Below, one piece after another: positions 10,910-19,397 of a stretch of 64,000 nucleotides of DNA. Every line of letters begins with the position of its first letter. Within the stretch, counting starts at the first letter, position 1. This stretch comes from Deltaproteobacteria bacterium (GTDB lineage Bacteria; Desulfobacterota_D; UBA1144; Nemesobacterales; Nemesobacteraceae), in NCBI GenBank assembly GCA_029262295.1, contig JAJCZR010000050.1, positions 8,411 through 72,410 on the forward strand, given 5' to 3'. A model generated the notes under the pieces. The model did no database searches. It saw only the letters and a list, made by a program, of their open reading frames with translations, and was not told the DNA's origin. Made by a program: the position numbers and the translations under genes.

Positions 10910-11551
10910 CTATTTCAATTCAAAGATATTATTTAGATTGAAGTTTCTCTTCACTATCTCATTACGAAAAGCATTAACTGTTTTTTCCTTTGTTTCTTTA
11001 TCAAAGTGTTTTGCTTCTTTTGGAAGTTTATTTTCAGCTTCATTTCTTATATCTTGTTTTGATTTGTTATCCAGTTTTTTATACAGTGTATCAAAAAAAT
11101 CACTTTCTATCCTCTTTAATTCAGAGTAAAAATTGTCTGTTTTGTAACTCTTCAATTGATCTATTTTATACCTTGTTTTGATTAAAGCACTTTTTACATT
11201 ATCGTCAACTTGAGAATTAATAATAGAATCAATTTTTTTAAGTACAGGTTTTAGTGAATTAGTTTTAGATAAATTACTGGGACTGTCTTTGTGAGTAACC
11301 ACTTCAACCTTAGTAGATTTTATATAATCTTCAATATTATCTTCAATTGAATATATACCTCTAAGTTTACTCAAATCTTTTTCTTTAAGTGAATTTTGAA
11401 TTGCTTTAAACACAGTTTCTTTTGAAACTGATCTTTCCTGCCAACTGTTTATAAGGTTGTAGTCTTTCCCCGAAAGCATTAAGCCTTTTCCAGTGACTTT
11501 TAAAAAATACTTTTCAATATCTTTTATATAACCCGGATTTTTCTCTTGCAT
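10910..11551 (-). CDS. Hypothetical protein with DnaD-like N-terminal domain
   Basis: 213-aa ORF directly upstream of the ATPase; YF..V.GKGLMLS.KDY.LI.SW....V..E.V.KAI resembles the DnaD/DDBH2 pattern. Confidence 0.55.
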   Translation of the reverse strand: MQEKNPGYIKDIEKYFLKVTGKGLMLSGKDYNLINSWQERSVSKETVFKAIQNSLKEKDLSKLRGIYSIEDNIEDYIKSTKVEVVTHKDSPSNLSKTNSLKPVLKKIDSIINSQVDDNVKSALIKTRYKIDQLKSYKTDNFYSELKRIESDFFDTLYKKLDNKSKQDIRNEAENKLPKEAKHFDKETKEKTVNAFRNEIVKRNFNLNNIFELK

Positions 11552-11555
11552 GTTT

Positions 11556-12233
11556 TTACACTGAATTAATTATTCCTCTCATTTCATCAATTGTCTTTTT
11601 ATAATTGTCTGACTTATAAATTCCAGAACCTGATACAATCACATCCACTCCAGCCTCGGCCACTTCTTTTATATTTTCAAGCTTAATTCCGCCATCAACT
11701 TCAATCAGAGGTTTGTTGCCGTCTTTGTTGTCTATAATTTTTCTAAGTTCCTTTATTTTTGGAATCATTTCAGAAATGAATTTTTGTCCTCCAAACCCTG
11801 GTTCAACAGTCATAACTAAAACAAGATCAACAAGATCAATTACCTGATCAATTGCACTAAGTGGTGTTGCAGGATTAATTGCAATACCAGCCATTACTCC
11901 TTTCGATTTGATGGCAGCAATCGTACTATAAAGTAATTTACAGCTTTCCACCTGCACTGTAATAAGCTTTACATGAGGCTCACCTGCCTCTATAAACTTC
12001 ACTACATAATCATCCGGATTATCTATCATGAGATGTATATCCATGGGTGGTGGCCCAATGCTTCGAAGAGCTTCAACAATAGGTATTCCAATACTGATGT
12101 TTGGAACGAAATGACCATCCATTACATCCACATGTATCCAGTCAACCCCGGCATCTTTTACTTCAAGTATTTCTTCTTTTAGCCTTGCGAAATCACATGA
12201 CAATATTGATGGAACCAAAAGTTTTTTCATCAT
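11556..12233 (-). CDS. rpe: Ribulose-phosphate 3-epimerase
   Basis: PSILSCDF, HVDVMDGHFVPN, MTVEPGFGGQKF, EVDGGI. Confidence 0.97.
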   Translation of the reverse strand: MMKKLLVPSILSCDFARLKEEILEVKDAGVDWIHVDVMDGHFVPNISIGIPIVEALRSIGPPPMDIHLMIDNPDDYVVKFIEAGEPHVKLITVQVESCKLLYSTIAAIKSKGVMAGIAINPATPLSAIDQVIDLVDLVLVMTVEPGFGGQKFISEMIPKIKELRKIIDNKDGNKPLIEVDGGIKLENIKEVAEAGVDVIVSGSGIYKSDNYKKTIDEMRGIINSV

Positions 12234-12248
12234 AAAATCCTTTTAACC

Positions 12249-12352
12249 TTTTGTCACTCTGAGCAAAGCGAAGAGTCTAGTATTGTAAATTAGATTCTTC
12301 AGTCGCACAATTTGGACTAAACTTGTAGAAGTGCTCCTTCAGAATGACAAAA
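12249..12352. repeat. REP-like/MITE-like nested inverted repeat
   Basis: TTTTGTCACTCTGA (12249-12262) vs TCAGAATGACAAAA (12339-12352), 13/14; inner GAAGAGTCTA vs TAGATTCTTC, 9/10. Confidence 0.75.
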
Positions 12353-12354
12353 CT

Positions 12355-13725
12355 TTAATTAACTCTCTTTAGTTTTGCCGCAAAAAAACAGTCCATATTG
12401 AATAGATTCGTATAAGAAACAAAAAAATTATTCTCAATAAATTGTTTTTCTATATTAACACTATTTTTTATTTCTTCTAACTCAAAATCAGGATTATTTT
12501 TTAGAAACTTATCTATAACTTTCTCGTTCTCATATTTTGACAAAGTACAAACTGAATAAACTAAAACACCATTGGTTTTAAGGTATGAAGAAATATTTTG
12601 AAGAATTTTATACTGAATCTCTGAAAGCTCATGAATATCAGACATCTTTCTCTTCCATTTTATATCGGGATTTCTTCTTATTGTCCCAAGCCCGGAACAG
12701 GGGGCATCCAATAGAATTTTATCAAAATAGTTTTTGTATTTATTAGTGTTATTACTCGCCAAGAGATCAATATTTTCAGTTTTAACTATAGTAGTTCCGA
12801 GTCTTTTAATATTATTATTTACAAGTCTAAGCCTGTTTTTATTTATATCAGCTGAAATAACTTCGCCATTATTGTTCATTAATTCTGCTAAATGTGTTGA
12901 TTTTCCACCAGGGGCTGAACAGGCATCAAGAACCTTTTCTCCAGGCTTGGGATCAAGCAGAAAGCAAACTATTTGGGCTGCTTCATCCTGCACTGAATAT
13001 AAGCCTTCTTTATAAAACCCTGAAGAAACTGGGTTAATTCTTTTTACAAGATTAATGCCTACATTGCTGTATTTCGATTTTTCGGCTTCTATCCCTACCC
13101 TCTTAAACCTGTCTAAAAGCAGGTCTCTCTCAATTTTGAGGTTGTTTACCCTGAGTGAAATTGATGGTATTTGATTTAAAGAACTGCAGAGATTATCAAC
13201 TTTATTCAGATCAAAGTTTTCAAGCCAATAATTAATTATCCATTTGGGGAATGATCTTTTAACTGAAATTTCATCTACCTTGTCTATAAATTTTATGTCG
13301 GAGTAATCTTTTCTCTGAATGTTTCTTAGCACTGCATTTATGAAATTACCTATGCTATTCCCAAAAAACTGTTTTCCTATTTTTACTGTCTCGTTAATTG
13401 ATGCATAATCTTTTACTCCACCCATGAACTTTAGTTGGTAAACCCCCATACGAAGAAGGTTGTGGATATTAGTTTTCTTTATTTCTTTTGAGATATTATC
13501 CTCAATTTTATAATCAATTGTGAGTTTCCACCTTATTACCCCATAAACAATCTCATTTATAAAAGATATAATATTTACATCTGTAATTTTATGTTTTGAT
13601 ATCTCATCTTGAACCGCCAAATCAGGATAGGCACCGTCAATTAAGATTTTATTAATAATGCTGAGTGCAATTGATCTTGCACTTGCAATTTTACTATTAG
13701 TTTTAGATCGTTGGTTTGTTGACAT
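12355..13725 (-). CDS. rsmB: 16S rRNA m5C967 methyltransferase
   Basis: NusB-like N-terminus; VQDEAAQ, LDACSAPGGKS, LLDAPCSGLG, YSVCT. Confidence 0.93.
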   Translation of the reverse strand: MSTNQRSKTNSKIASARSIALSIINKILIDGAYPDLAVQDEISKHKITDVNIISFINEIVYGVIRWKLTIDYKIEDNISKEIKKTNIHNLLRMGVYQLKFMGGVKDYASINETVKIGKQFFGNSIGNFINAVLRNIQRKDYSDIKFIDKVDEISVKRSFPKWIINYWLENFDLNKVDNLCSSLNQIPSISLRVNNLKIERDLLLDRFKRVGIEAEKSKYSNVGINLVKRINPVSSGFYKEGLYSVQDEAAQIVCFLLDPKPGEKVLDACSAPGGKSTHLAELMNNNGEVISADINKNRLRLVNNNIKRLGTTIVKTENIDLLASNNTNKYKNYFDKILLDAPCSGLGTIRRNPDIKWKRKMSDIHELSEIQYKILQNISSYLKTNGVLVYSVCTLSKYENEKVIDKFLKNNPDFELEEIKNSVNIEKQFIENNFFVSYTNLFNMDCFFAAKLKRVN

Positions 13726-13788
13726 GAAAGCTAAAGTATTTATATTGTTCTAGTTTTTAATCCGTAAATCTCAATCACAAGGTGCTCA

Positions 13789-14946
13789 ATGTCTTTAAAA
13801 AATTTCATTTTTACATCTGAATCTGTAACTGAAGGCCATCCGGATAAAATGGCTGACCAGATATCCGATTCAGTCCTTGACGCAATGTTATCTCAGGATC
13901 CAAAGAGTAGAGTAGCATGCGAAACTCTAATTACCACTGGGCTTGTTGTAGTCTCAGGTGAGATAACAAGTAAAAGCGTAGTGAACGTGCCAGAAGTTGT
14001 CAGGCAAACTGTAACTAATATTGGTTATACCCAAAGCGACATGGGTTTTGATGCCGCGACCTGCTCTGTAATGGTCACTCTTGATAAACAATCAGGTGAT
14101 ATCGCCCAGGGTGTTGATTCAGATGAAAACAAAGCACAGGGTGCAGGTGATCAGGGTCTTATGTTTGGTTATGCCTGTGATGAAAATGATGAGCTTATGC
14201 CTTCCCCTATTATGTATGCACACAAGCTCGCAAAAAAACTTTCAGAAGTAAGAAAAAATGGCACCCTTCCCTTTCTAAGACCTGATGGAAAATCACAGGT
14301 GACCTTCAAATATGAAAACAGAAAACCAGTTGCAATTGAAGCAGTTGTAATTTCTTCACAGCATTCTGATGAAGTGGATAACAAAACGATACATGAAGGT
14401 ATAAGAGAAGAAGTCATTAATCCTTCTATTGATAAAGGCTTGCTAACTAAAGATACAAAAGTTTATATAAATCCGACTGGCAGATTTGTTGTTGGCGGCC
14501 CAATGGGTGATGCAGGGCTTACAGGAAGAAAAATTATTATTGATACTTATGGTGGTTGGGCAAGGCATGGCGGCGGTGCATTTTCTGGAAAAGACCCTTC
14601 AAAAGTGGATAGAAGTGCAGCTTACATGGCAAGATATGTTGCAAAAAATATAGTGGCAAGCGGGCTAGCCAGTGAGTGTGAAGTACAGCTTGCATATGCT
14701 ATTGGCGTTCCTGAACCTGTTTCGGTAATGATAGATACATTTGGCACTGGCCAAGAATCTGAAGAAAGAATTTCAAGTGCAGTTAGAGAAGTTTTTGATC
14801 TTTCTCCCCAAGGTATAATTTCAACTCTGGATCTTCTTAAGCCAATCTACACAAATACAGCAGCTTACGGACATTTCGGAAGAAATGATGAAAGCTTTAG
14901 CTGGGAAAAAACCGATAAGGTTGACGTACTTAAAAAATCAATTTAA
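13789..14946 (+). CDS. metK: S-adenosylmethionine synthetase
   Basis: [38 protein letters not shown]. Confidence 0.98.
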   Translation: MSLKNFIFTSESVTEGHPDKMADQISDSVLDAMLSQDPKSRVACETLITTGLVVVSGEITSKSVVNVPEVVRQTVTNIGYTQSDMGFDAATCSVMVTLDKQSGDIAQGVDSDENKAQGAGDQGLMFGYACDENDELMPSPIMYAHKLAKKLSEVRKNGTLPFLRPDGKSQVTFKYENRKPVAIEAVVISSQHSDEVDNKTIHEGIREEVINPSIDKGLLTKDTKVYINPTGRFVVGGPMGDAGLTGRKIIIDTYGGWARHGGGAFSGKDPSKVDRSAAYMARYVAKNIVASGLASECEVQLAYAIGVPEPVSVMIDTFGTGQESEERISSAVREVFDLSPQGIISTLDLLKPIYTNTAAYGHFGRNDESFSWEKTDKVDVLKKSI

Positions 14947-14993
14947 ACATTAAAGTAAACTCACTTTACAAACATATAAAATTGGAGGCAGTA

Positions 14994-16250
14994 ATGGATT
15001 ACGATGTAAAGGATTTAAAACTTGCAAATCAAGGAAAGTTAAGAAGTGAATGGGCTGGTCAGGAAATGCCGGTTCTTGCTGAGATTAGCGCGAGATTCAA
15101 AAAAGAAAAGCCATTAAAAGGACTTACAATAGCGGCTTGTCTTCATGTGACAACTGAAACAGGAAATCTCATGGTTACTTTAAAAGAAGGTGGGGCAAAT
15201 GTTTTTTTATGTGCATCCAACCCTCTTAGTACTCAGGATGATGTGGCGGCACATCTTGTTAAAAACCATAAAATTTCAGTTTTTGCGATTAAAGGTGAAA
15301 ATAACAAAACTTATTATAAGCATATAAACAGTGTTTTAGATGCTAAACCAAACATCACGATGGATGATGGAGCTGATCTTGTTTCGACACTTCATAAAAG
15401 TAAAGTAAAGCTTATTGACAACCTGATTGGTGGCACTGAGGAAACAACAACTGGAGTAATCAGACTTAAAAGTATGGCAAAGGATGGAGTTCTTAAATAT
15501 CCAATTATTGCAGTAAATGATGCTGATACAAAACATTTTTTTGATAACAGATACGGAACCGGACAAAGCACACTGGATGGAATAATCCGTGCAACTAACA
15601 GGCTGGTTTCCGGCACCACTTTTGTTGTTGTAGGATATGGCTGGTGCGGGAAAGGTTTGGCAATGCGTGCCAGGGGACTTGGAGCAGAAGTTGTTGTAAC
15701 CGAGGTTGAACCACTTGCAGCACTTGAAGCAAGCATGGACGGTTTTAGGGTTATGCCGATGGCCCAGGCTGCACCTATTGGAGATTTCTTTTGTACAGTC
15801 ACAGGAAATATTCATGTTATAAGAAAAGAACATTTTCAAAAGATGAAAAATGGTGCTATCGTTGCAAATTCAGGTCATTTTAATGTTGAATTAGACCTTG
15901 AAGGTTTAGACAAAATTACAAAATCAAAAAGAGAGATAAGAGAATACGTTGAAGAACACACCCTTAAAAACGGAAGAAAGGTAAATGTGCTTGGCGGAGG
16001 GAGGCTTATAAACCTTGCTGCTGCTGAAGGGCACCCATCAAGCGTAATGGATATGAGTTTTGCCAACCAGGCACTTTGTGCTGAGTATGTTGCAAAAAAT
16101 CATGATAAGCTCGATAATGATGTTCATGATGTACCAACACAGATTGATAAATCTGTTTCAAAGATCAAATTAAAAGCCCTTGGCGTGAAAATTGACACCC
16201 TCACTGCGGAGCAAAAGAAATATCTAAGTTCCTGGGAATTTGGAACATAA
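14994..16250 (+). CDS. ahcY: Adenosylhomocysteinase
   Basis: [41 protein letters not shown]; start moved to ATG 14994 after GGAGG. Confidence 0.97.
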   Translation: MDYDVKDLKLANQGKLRSEWAGQEMPVLAEISARFKKEKPLKGLTIAACLHVTTETGNLMVTLKEGGANVFLCASNPLSTQDDVAAHLVKNHKISVFAIKGENNKTYYKHINSVLDAKPNITMDDGADLVSTLHKSKVKLIDNLIGGTEETTTGVIRLKSMAKDGVLKYPIIAVNDADTKHFFDNRYGTGQSTLDGIIRATNRLVSGTTFVVVGYGWCGKGLAMRARGLGAEVVVTEVEPLAALEASMDGFRVMPMAQAAPIGDFFCTVTGNIHVIRKEHFQKMKNGAIVANSGHFNVELDLEGLDKITKSKREIREYVEEHTLKNGRKVNVLGGGRLINLAAAEGHPSSVMDMSFANQALCAEYVAKNHDKLDNDVHDVPTQIDKSVSKIKLKALGVKIDTLTAEQKKYLSSWEFGT

Positions 16251-16256
16251 AATGAT

Positions 16257-17147
16257 ATGGATGAACATCTCGATTCATTCCTTACTTATTTAACTGTAAA
16301 TAAAGGACTTTCACGAAACACCCTGGAATCTTATTCCAGGGATGTTTCTTCATTCATTAAATTCATAGAAAAACTAAATGTAATTAGACCACATGATGTG
16401 AAAGAGTTTCATGTGGCAGAATTTTTAAGTGAACTTCAGAAAAGAAAACTCAGCATTAAAACAATTAATAGACATATTGTTTCAACAAGGCAGTTCTTTA
16501 AATACTTGATATCAAATGAAATTGTATCAAACGATCCATTTGCAAATGTAAATACTCCAAAACTTAATAAATCAATTCCTGATGTTCTTTCTATAGAACA
16601 GGTGGAGAAATTACTATCAATGCCTGAGGTAAAAGACACCGCTAACTCGGTTAGAGATACTGCAATGCTGGAAGTTCTGTATTCCACAGGTGTTAGGGTT
16701 TCAGAACTAATTTCAATTGAGTTAAACAGGGTAAATATGGATCATGGATATATAATTGTTTTGGGTAAGGGAGACAAGGAAAGAATAATTCCACTTGGAA
16801 AAGTGTCTCTTGAGAAAATAAAAAATTATCTTATAGACTCGAGATCAAAACTTTTAAGAGAAAAGGTGTCAAAGTTTCTTTTCGTCACAAGAAGAGGCAC
16901 AAAAATGACACGTCAGGGATTTTGGAAGCTCATCAAACAATACACACTTATGGCAGGAATTAATTCTAAAATTACACCCCATACTTTAAGGCACTCATTT
17001 GCAACACATCTTCTTGAGCGCGGGGCTGATCTGCGGGTAATCCAGGTAATGCTTGGGCATTCTGATATTTCTACAACCCAGATCTATACACATGTGCAAA
17101 AGGAAAAGTTAAAACAAATACACAAAAAGTTTCATCCAAGATCATAA
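16257..17147 (+). CDS. xerD: Tyrosine recombinase XerD
   Basis: LYSTGVRVSEL, GKGDKER, MTRQGFW, HTLRHSFATHLL, LGHSDISTTQIY, HPR end. Confidence 0.93.
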   Translation: MDEHLDSFLTYLTVNKGLSRNTLESYSRDVSSFIKFIEKLNVIRPHDVKEFHVAEFLSELQKRKLSIKTINRHIVSTRQFFKYLISNEIVSNDPFANVNTPKLNKSIPDVLSIEQVEKLLSMPEVKDTANSVRDTAMLEVLYSTGVRVSELISIELNRVNMDHGYIIVLGKGDKERIIPLGKVSLEKIKNYLIDSRSKLLREKVSKFLFVTRRGTKMTRQGFWKLIKQYTLMAGINSKITPHTLRHSFATHLLERGADLRVIQVMLGHSDISTTQIYTHVQKEKLKQIHKKFHPRS

Positions 17148-17822
17148 ATGGATATAAATCTAAACTTTTATCTGATATTAATACCTGTTGTATTGTTTTC
17201 ATTAACAATCCATGAATTTGCTCATGCATATATAGCTTATAAACTAGGTGACGATACAGCTAAAAATCAAGGCAGGCTTACGCTTAACCCACTTTCACAT
17301 CTGGATCCCATTGGCACAATTTTACTTGTGATAGCAAAGTTTGGTTGGGCAAAGCCAGTGCCGGTTGACCCTCGGAATTTTAAAAACCCAAAAAAGGATA
17401 TGCTGCTTGTTGCAATTGCAGGTCCGATATCAAATATAATCACTGCAATTGTTGCTGCGATTATATTAAAATTAATTTTTGCAAACTTTGAATCACTTCA
17501 AACTTCACTATCTTTTATTGAACCGTTAATGAGTGCACTTGTATGGCTTATTTTCATTGGAATAGTGCTAGCTGTATTTAATATGATCCCAATTCCTCCA
17601 TTGGACGGATCAAGGGTATTGCATGCGATTTTGCCTGAAAATTTAGCAAAGCAGTACCGTAAAATTGAAATATATGGAATACTAATTGTGTTTGCCCTAT
17701 TTATATTTGGTGGAAATATTTTTGGATACATACTTCAGTTTCCCGTGGCGCTTTTTATAGGAACCTGTAACTTTAGCAGTGAAGAACTAAATTTAATCTT
17801 TTCCATACTAAGAAGCGGTTGA
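17148..17822 (+). CDS. Site-2 (M50) membrane metalloprotease
   Basis: HEFAH zinc motif, GWAKPVP, FNMIPIPPLDG. Confidence 0.92.
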   Translation: MDINLNFYLILIPVVLFSLTIHEFAHAYIAYKLGDDTAKNQGRLTLNPLSHLDPIGTILLVIAKFGWAKPVPVDPRNFKNPKKDMLLVAIAGPISNIITAIVAAIILKLIFANFESLQTSLSFIEPLMSALVWLIFIGIVLAVFNMIPIPPLDGSRVLHAILPENLAKQYRKIEIYGILIVFALFIFGGNIFGYILQFPVALFIGTCNFSSEELNLIFSILRSG

Positions 17823-18571
17823 GTATATTGGAAGAACAACTGGAACTACCCTACACCGTAAAGCTTGAATTATTTGAAGGTCCATTGGATCTTCTTCTTC
17901 ATTTAATAAAGAAAAATGAAGTTGATATATATGATATTCCAATTGCAAAAATAACAGATCAGTATCTGGCTTACCTTGAGTTTTTGGATGTTGTGAATCT
18001 TGAACTTGTTGGTGATTATCTAGCCCTTGCTGCTGAGCTTGGCTATATAAAATCAAGGATGCTTCTTCCCAAGATTCATGATGATGAGGAAGACGAAGAA
18101 GATCCAAGAGAAGAGCTCGTCAGGCGGTTGCTTGAATATGAAAGATATAAGGATGCTGCTGAAGATCTTAAAGATATGGATATCCTTGGTAGGGAAATCT
18201 TTACCAGGGGTGCAGATCAAAGGGAAGTTTTTGGCGAACCACTTGAAGAAACAGAGTATGTAAAAACTGATGTCTGGTCATTAATTGATGCTTTTAGGGA
18301 GATATTAGAGCGAAAAGAACTTTCATATAAAGAAGACATCTTTTTTTCTGTTGAGACTCTTACGGTTGAAGAAAGATCAGAAAAGCTTCTTGAGTTTATT
18401 AAAGGCAAAAACCAAATTCTTTTTAAAGACCTTTTTGAAGATGATAAGACTAAACCTGAACTTGTGGTTACATTCCTATCAGTCCTTGAGCTCACAAAAA
18501 ACGGCTATATTGGGATTGAAATGAGTGATGAATCAAAAAACATTAAAATAATTTATCTTGGTGTCGAATGA
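17819..18571 (+). CDS. scpA: Segregation/condensation protein A
   Basis: FEGPLDLLLHLI, IKSRMLLP, VVTFLSVLEL. Confidence 0.95.
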   Translation: MSILEEQLELPYTVKLELFEGPLDLLLHLIKKNEVDIYDIPIAKITDQYLAYLEFLDVVNLELVGDYLALAAELGYIKSRMLLPKIHDDEEDEEDPREELVRRLLEYERYKDAAEDLKDMDILGREIFTRGADQREVFGEPLEETEYVKTDVWSLIDAFREILERKELSYKEDIFFSVETLTVEERSEKLLEFIKGKNQILFKDLFEDDKTKPELVVTFLSVLELTKNGYIGIEMSDESKNIKIIYLGVE

Positions 18572-19125
18572 GTAATACAAACAGTTTGAAAAAAATTTTT
18601 GAGTCTATAATCTTTGCATCAGACTCACCTGTAACAGTAAAGGAACTCTCAGATGTATTTCCAGAAATTGAAAAAAAGGATATAAGAGCTTCACTTAAAT
18701 CCCTTGAAAAAGATTGGATAGATATAAATAGAAGCTTCTCTCTTGAAAATATTGCTGAGGGTTACCAGTTCAGAACAAAACCTACTTTCTCAGAGCATAT
18801 TGTTGAGTTTAATAAAGAGATAAAAAAGTTTAGGCTTAGCAGGGCGGCATTAGAAGTATTGGCAATTATTGCCTATAAGCAGCCCGTAACAAAAGTAGAA
18901 GTGGAAAAAATTCGTGGTGTCGACTGTTCAGGAGTTGTTAATGTACTCCTTGAAAAAAGGTTTTTGGAGATAAAGGGAAGGAAGGATGTTCCAGGAAAAC
19001 CTTTTGTTTATGGGACAACTGATACATTTTTAGAAACATTCAGCCTTAAAAGTTTAAAGGACCTCCCTACCCTGAAAGAAATTGAAAAAATTAATGAAGA
19101 TTTAGAACAATCCGATACAGATTAG
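18568..19125 (+). CDS. scpB: Segregation/condensation protein B
   Basis: LSRAALEVLAIIAYKQPVT, IRGVD, YGTT..FL..F.L.SL.DLP. Confidence 0.95.
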   Translation: MSNTNSLKKIFESIIFASDSPVTVKELSDVFPEIEKKDIRASLKSLEKDWIDINRSFSLENIAEGYQFRTKPTFSEHIVEFNKEIKKFRLSRAALEVLAIIAYKQPVTKVEVEKIRGVDCSGVVNVLLEKRFLEIKGRKDVPGKPFVYGTTDTFLETFSLKSLKDLPTLKEIEKINEDLEQSDTD

Positions 19126-19212
19126 TTCATTAAGATCTTTAAACCATTTTTTTATTTAACTCGTACACATCATAGCTTTTTGTTAATTTCCATAAAAAGT
19201 TTAAAAAAACTA

Positions 19213-19242
19213 TTGACAACATGACAAATAATGTTGTAAATT
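19213..19242 (+). promoter_or_regulatory. Putative sigma70 promoter
   Basis: TTGACA (19213-19218), 18-nt spacer, TAAATT (19237-19242); upstream of riboswitch. Confidence 0.55.
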
Positions 19243-19278
19243 ACAATTTACGGATGGGAAATGACAATTTTGGTAATT

Positions 19279-19360
19279 GTCCCGAAATGCCACGCCTTTA
19301 GGAATGAAGGTACGGAATGTCACGGGTCTTTTTAATAAGACAGCCGGACTGCCGAAGGAC
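19279..19360 (+). promoter_or_regulatory. GEMM-I (c-di-GMP-I class) riboswitch
   Basis: P2 GCCTTTA-GGAA-TGAAGGT with GNRA tetraloop; linker ACGGAATG; P3 GTC..GG-GTCTT-loop-AAGAC-AG-CC.GAC; 3' TGCCGA; P1 GTCC/GGAC; 37 nt before a start codon with GGAGG. Confidence 0.85.
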
Positions 19361-19397
19361 TTAAGCAATATATTCCTAAATTTATGGAGGCATTACG

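Noticed and set aside
13726..14993. SAM or SAH riboswitch at metK/ahcY
   Set aside because: Spacers are only ~63 and ~47 nt, AT-rich, with no recognisable aptamer.
16257..17147. Tyrosine recombinase as a prophage or island integrase
   Set aside because: XerD-specific motifs and housekeeping context (ahcY, S2P, scpAB); no att sites, phage genes or recognisable dif site.
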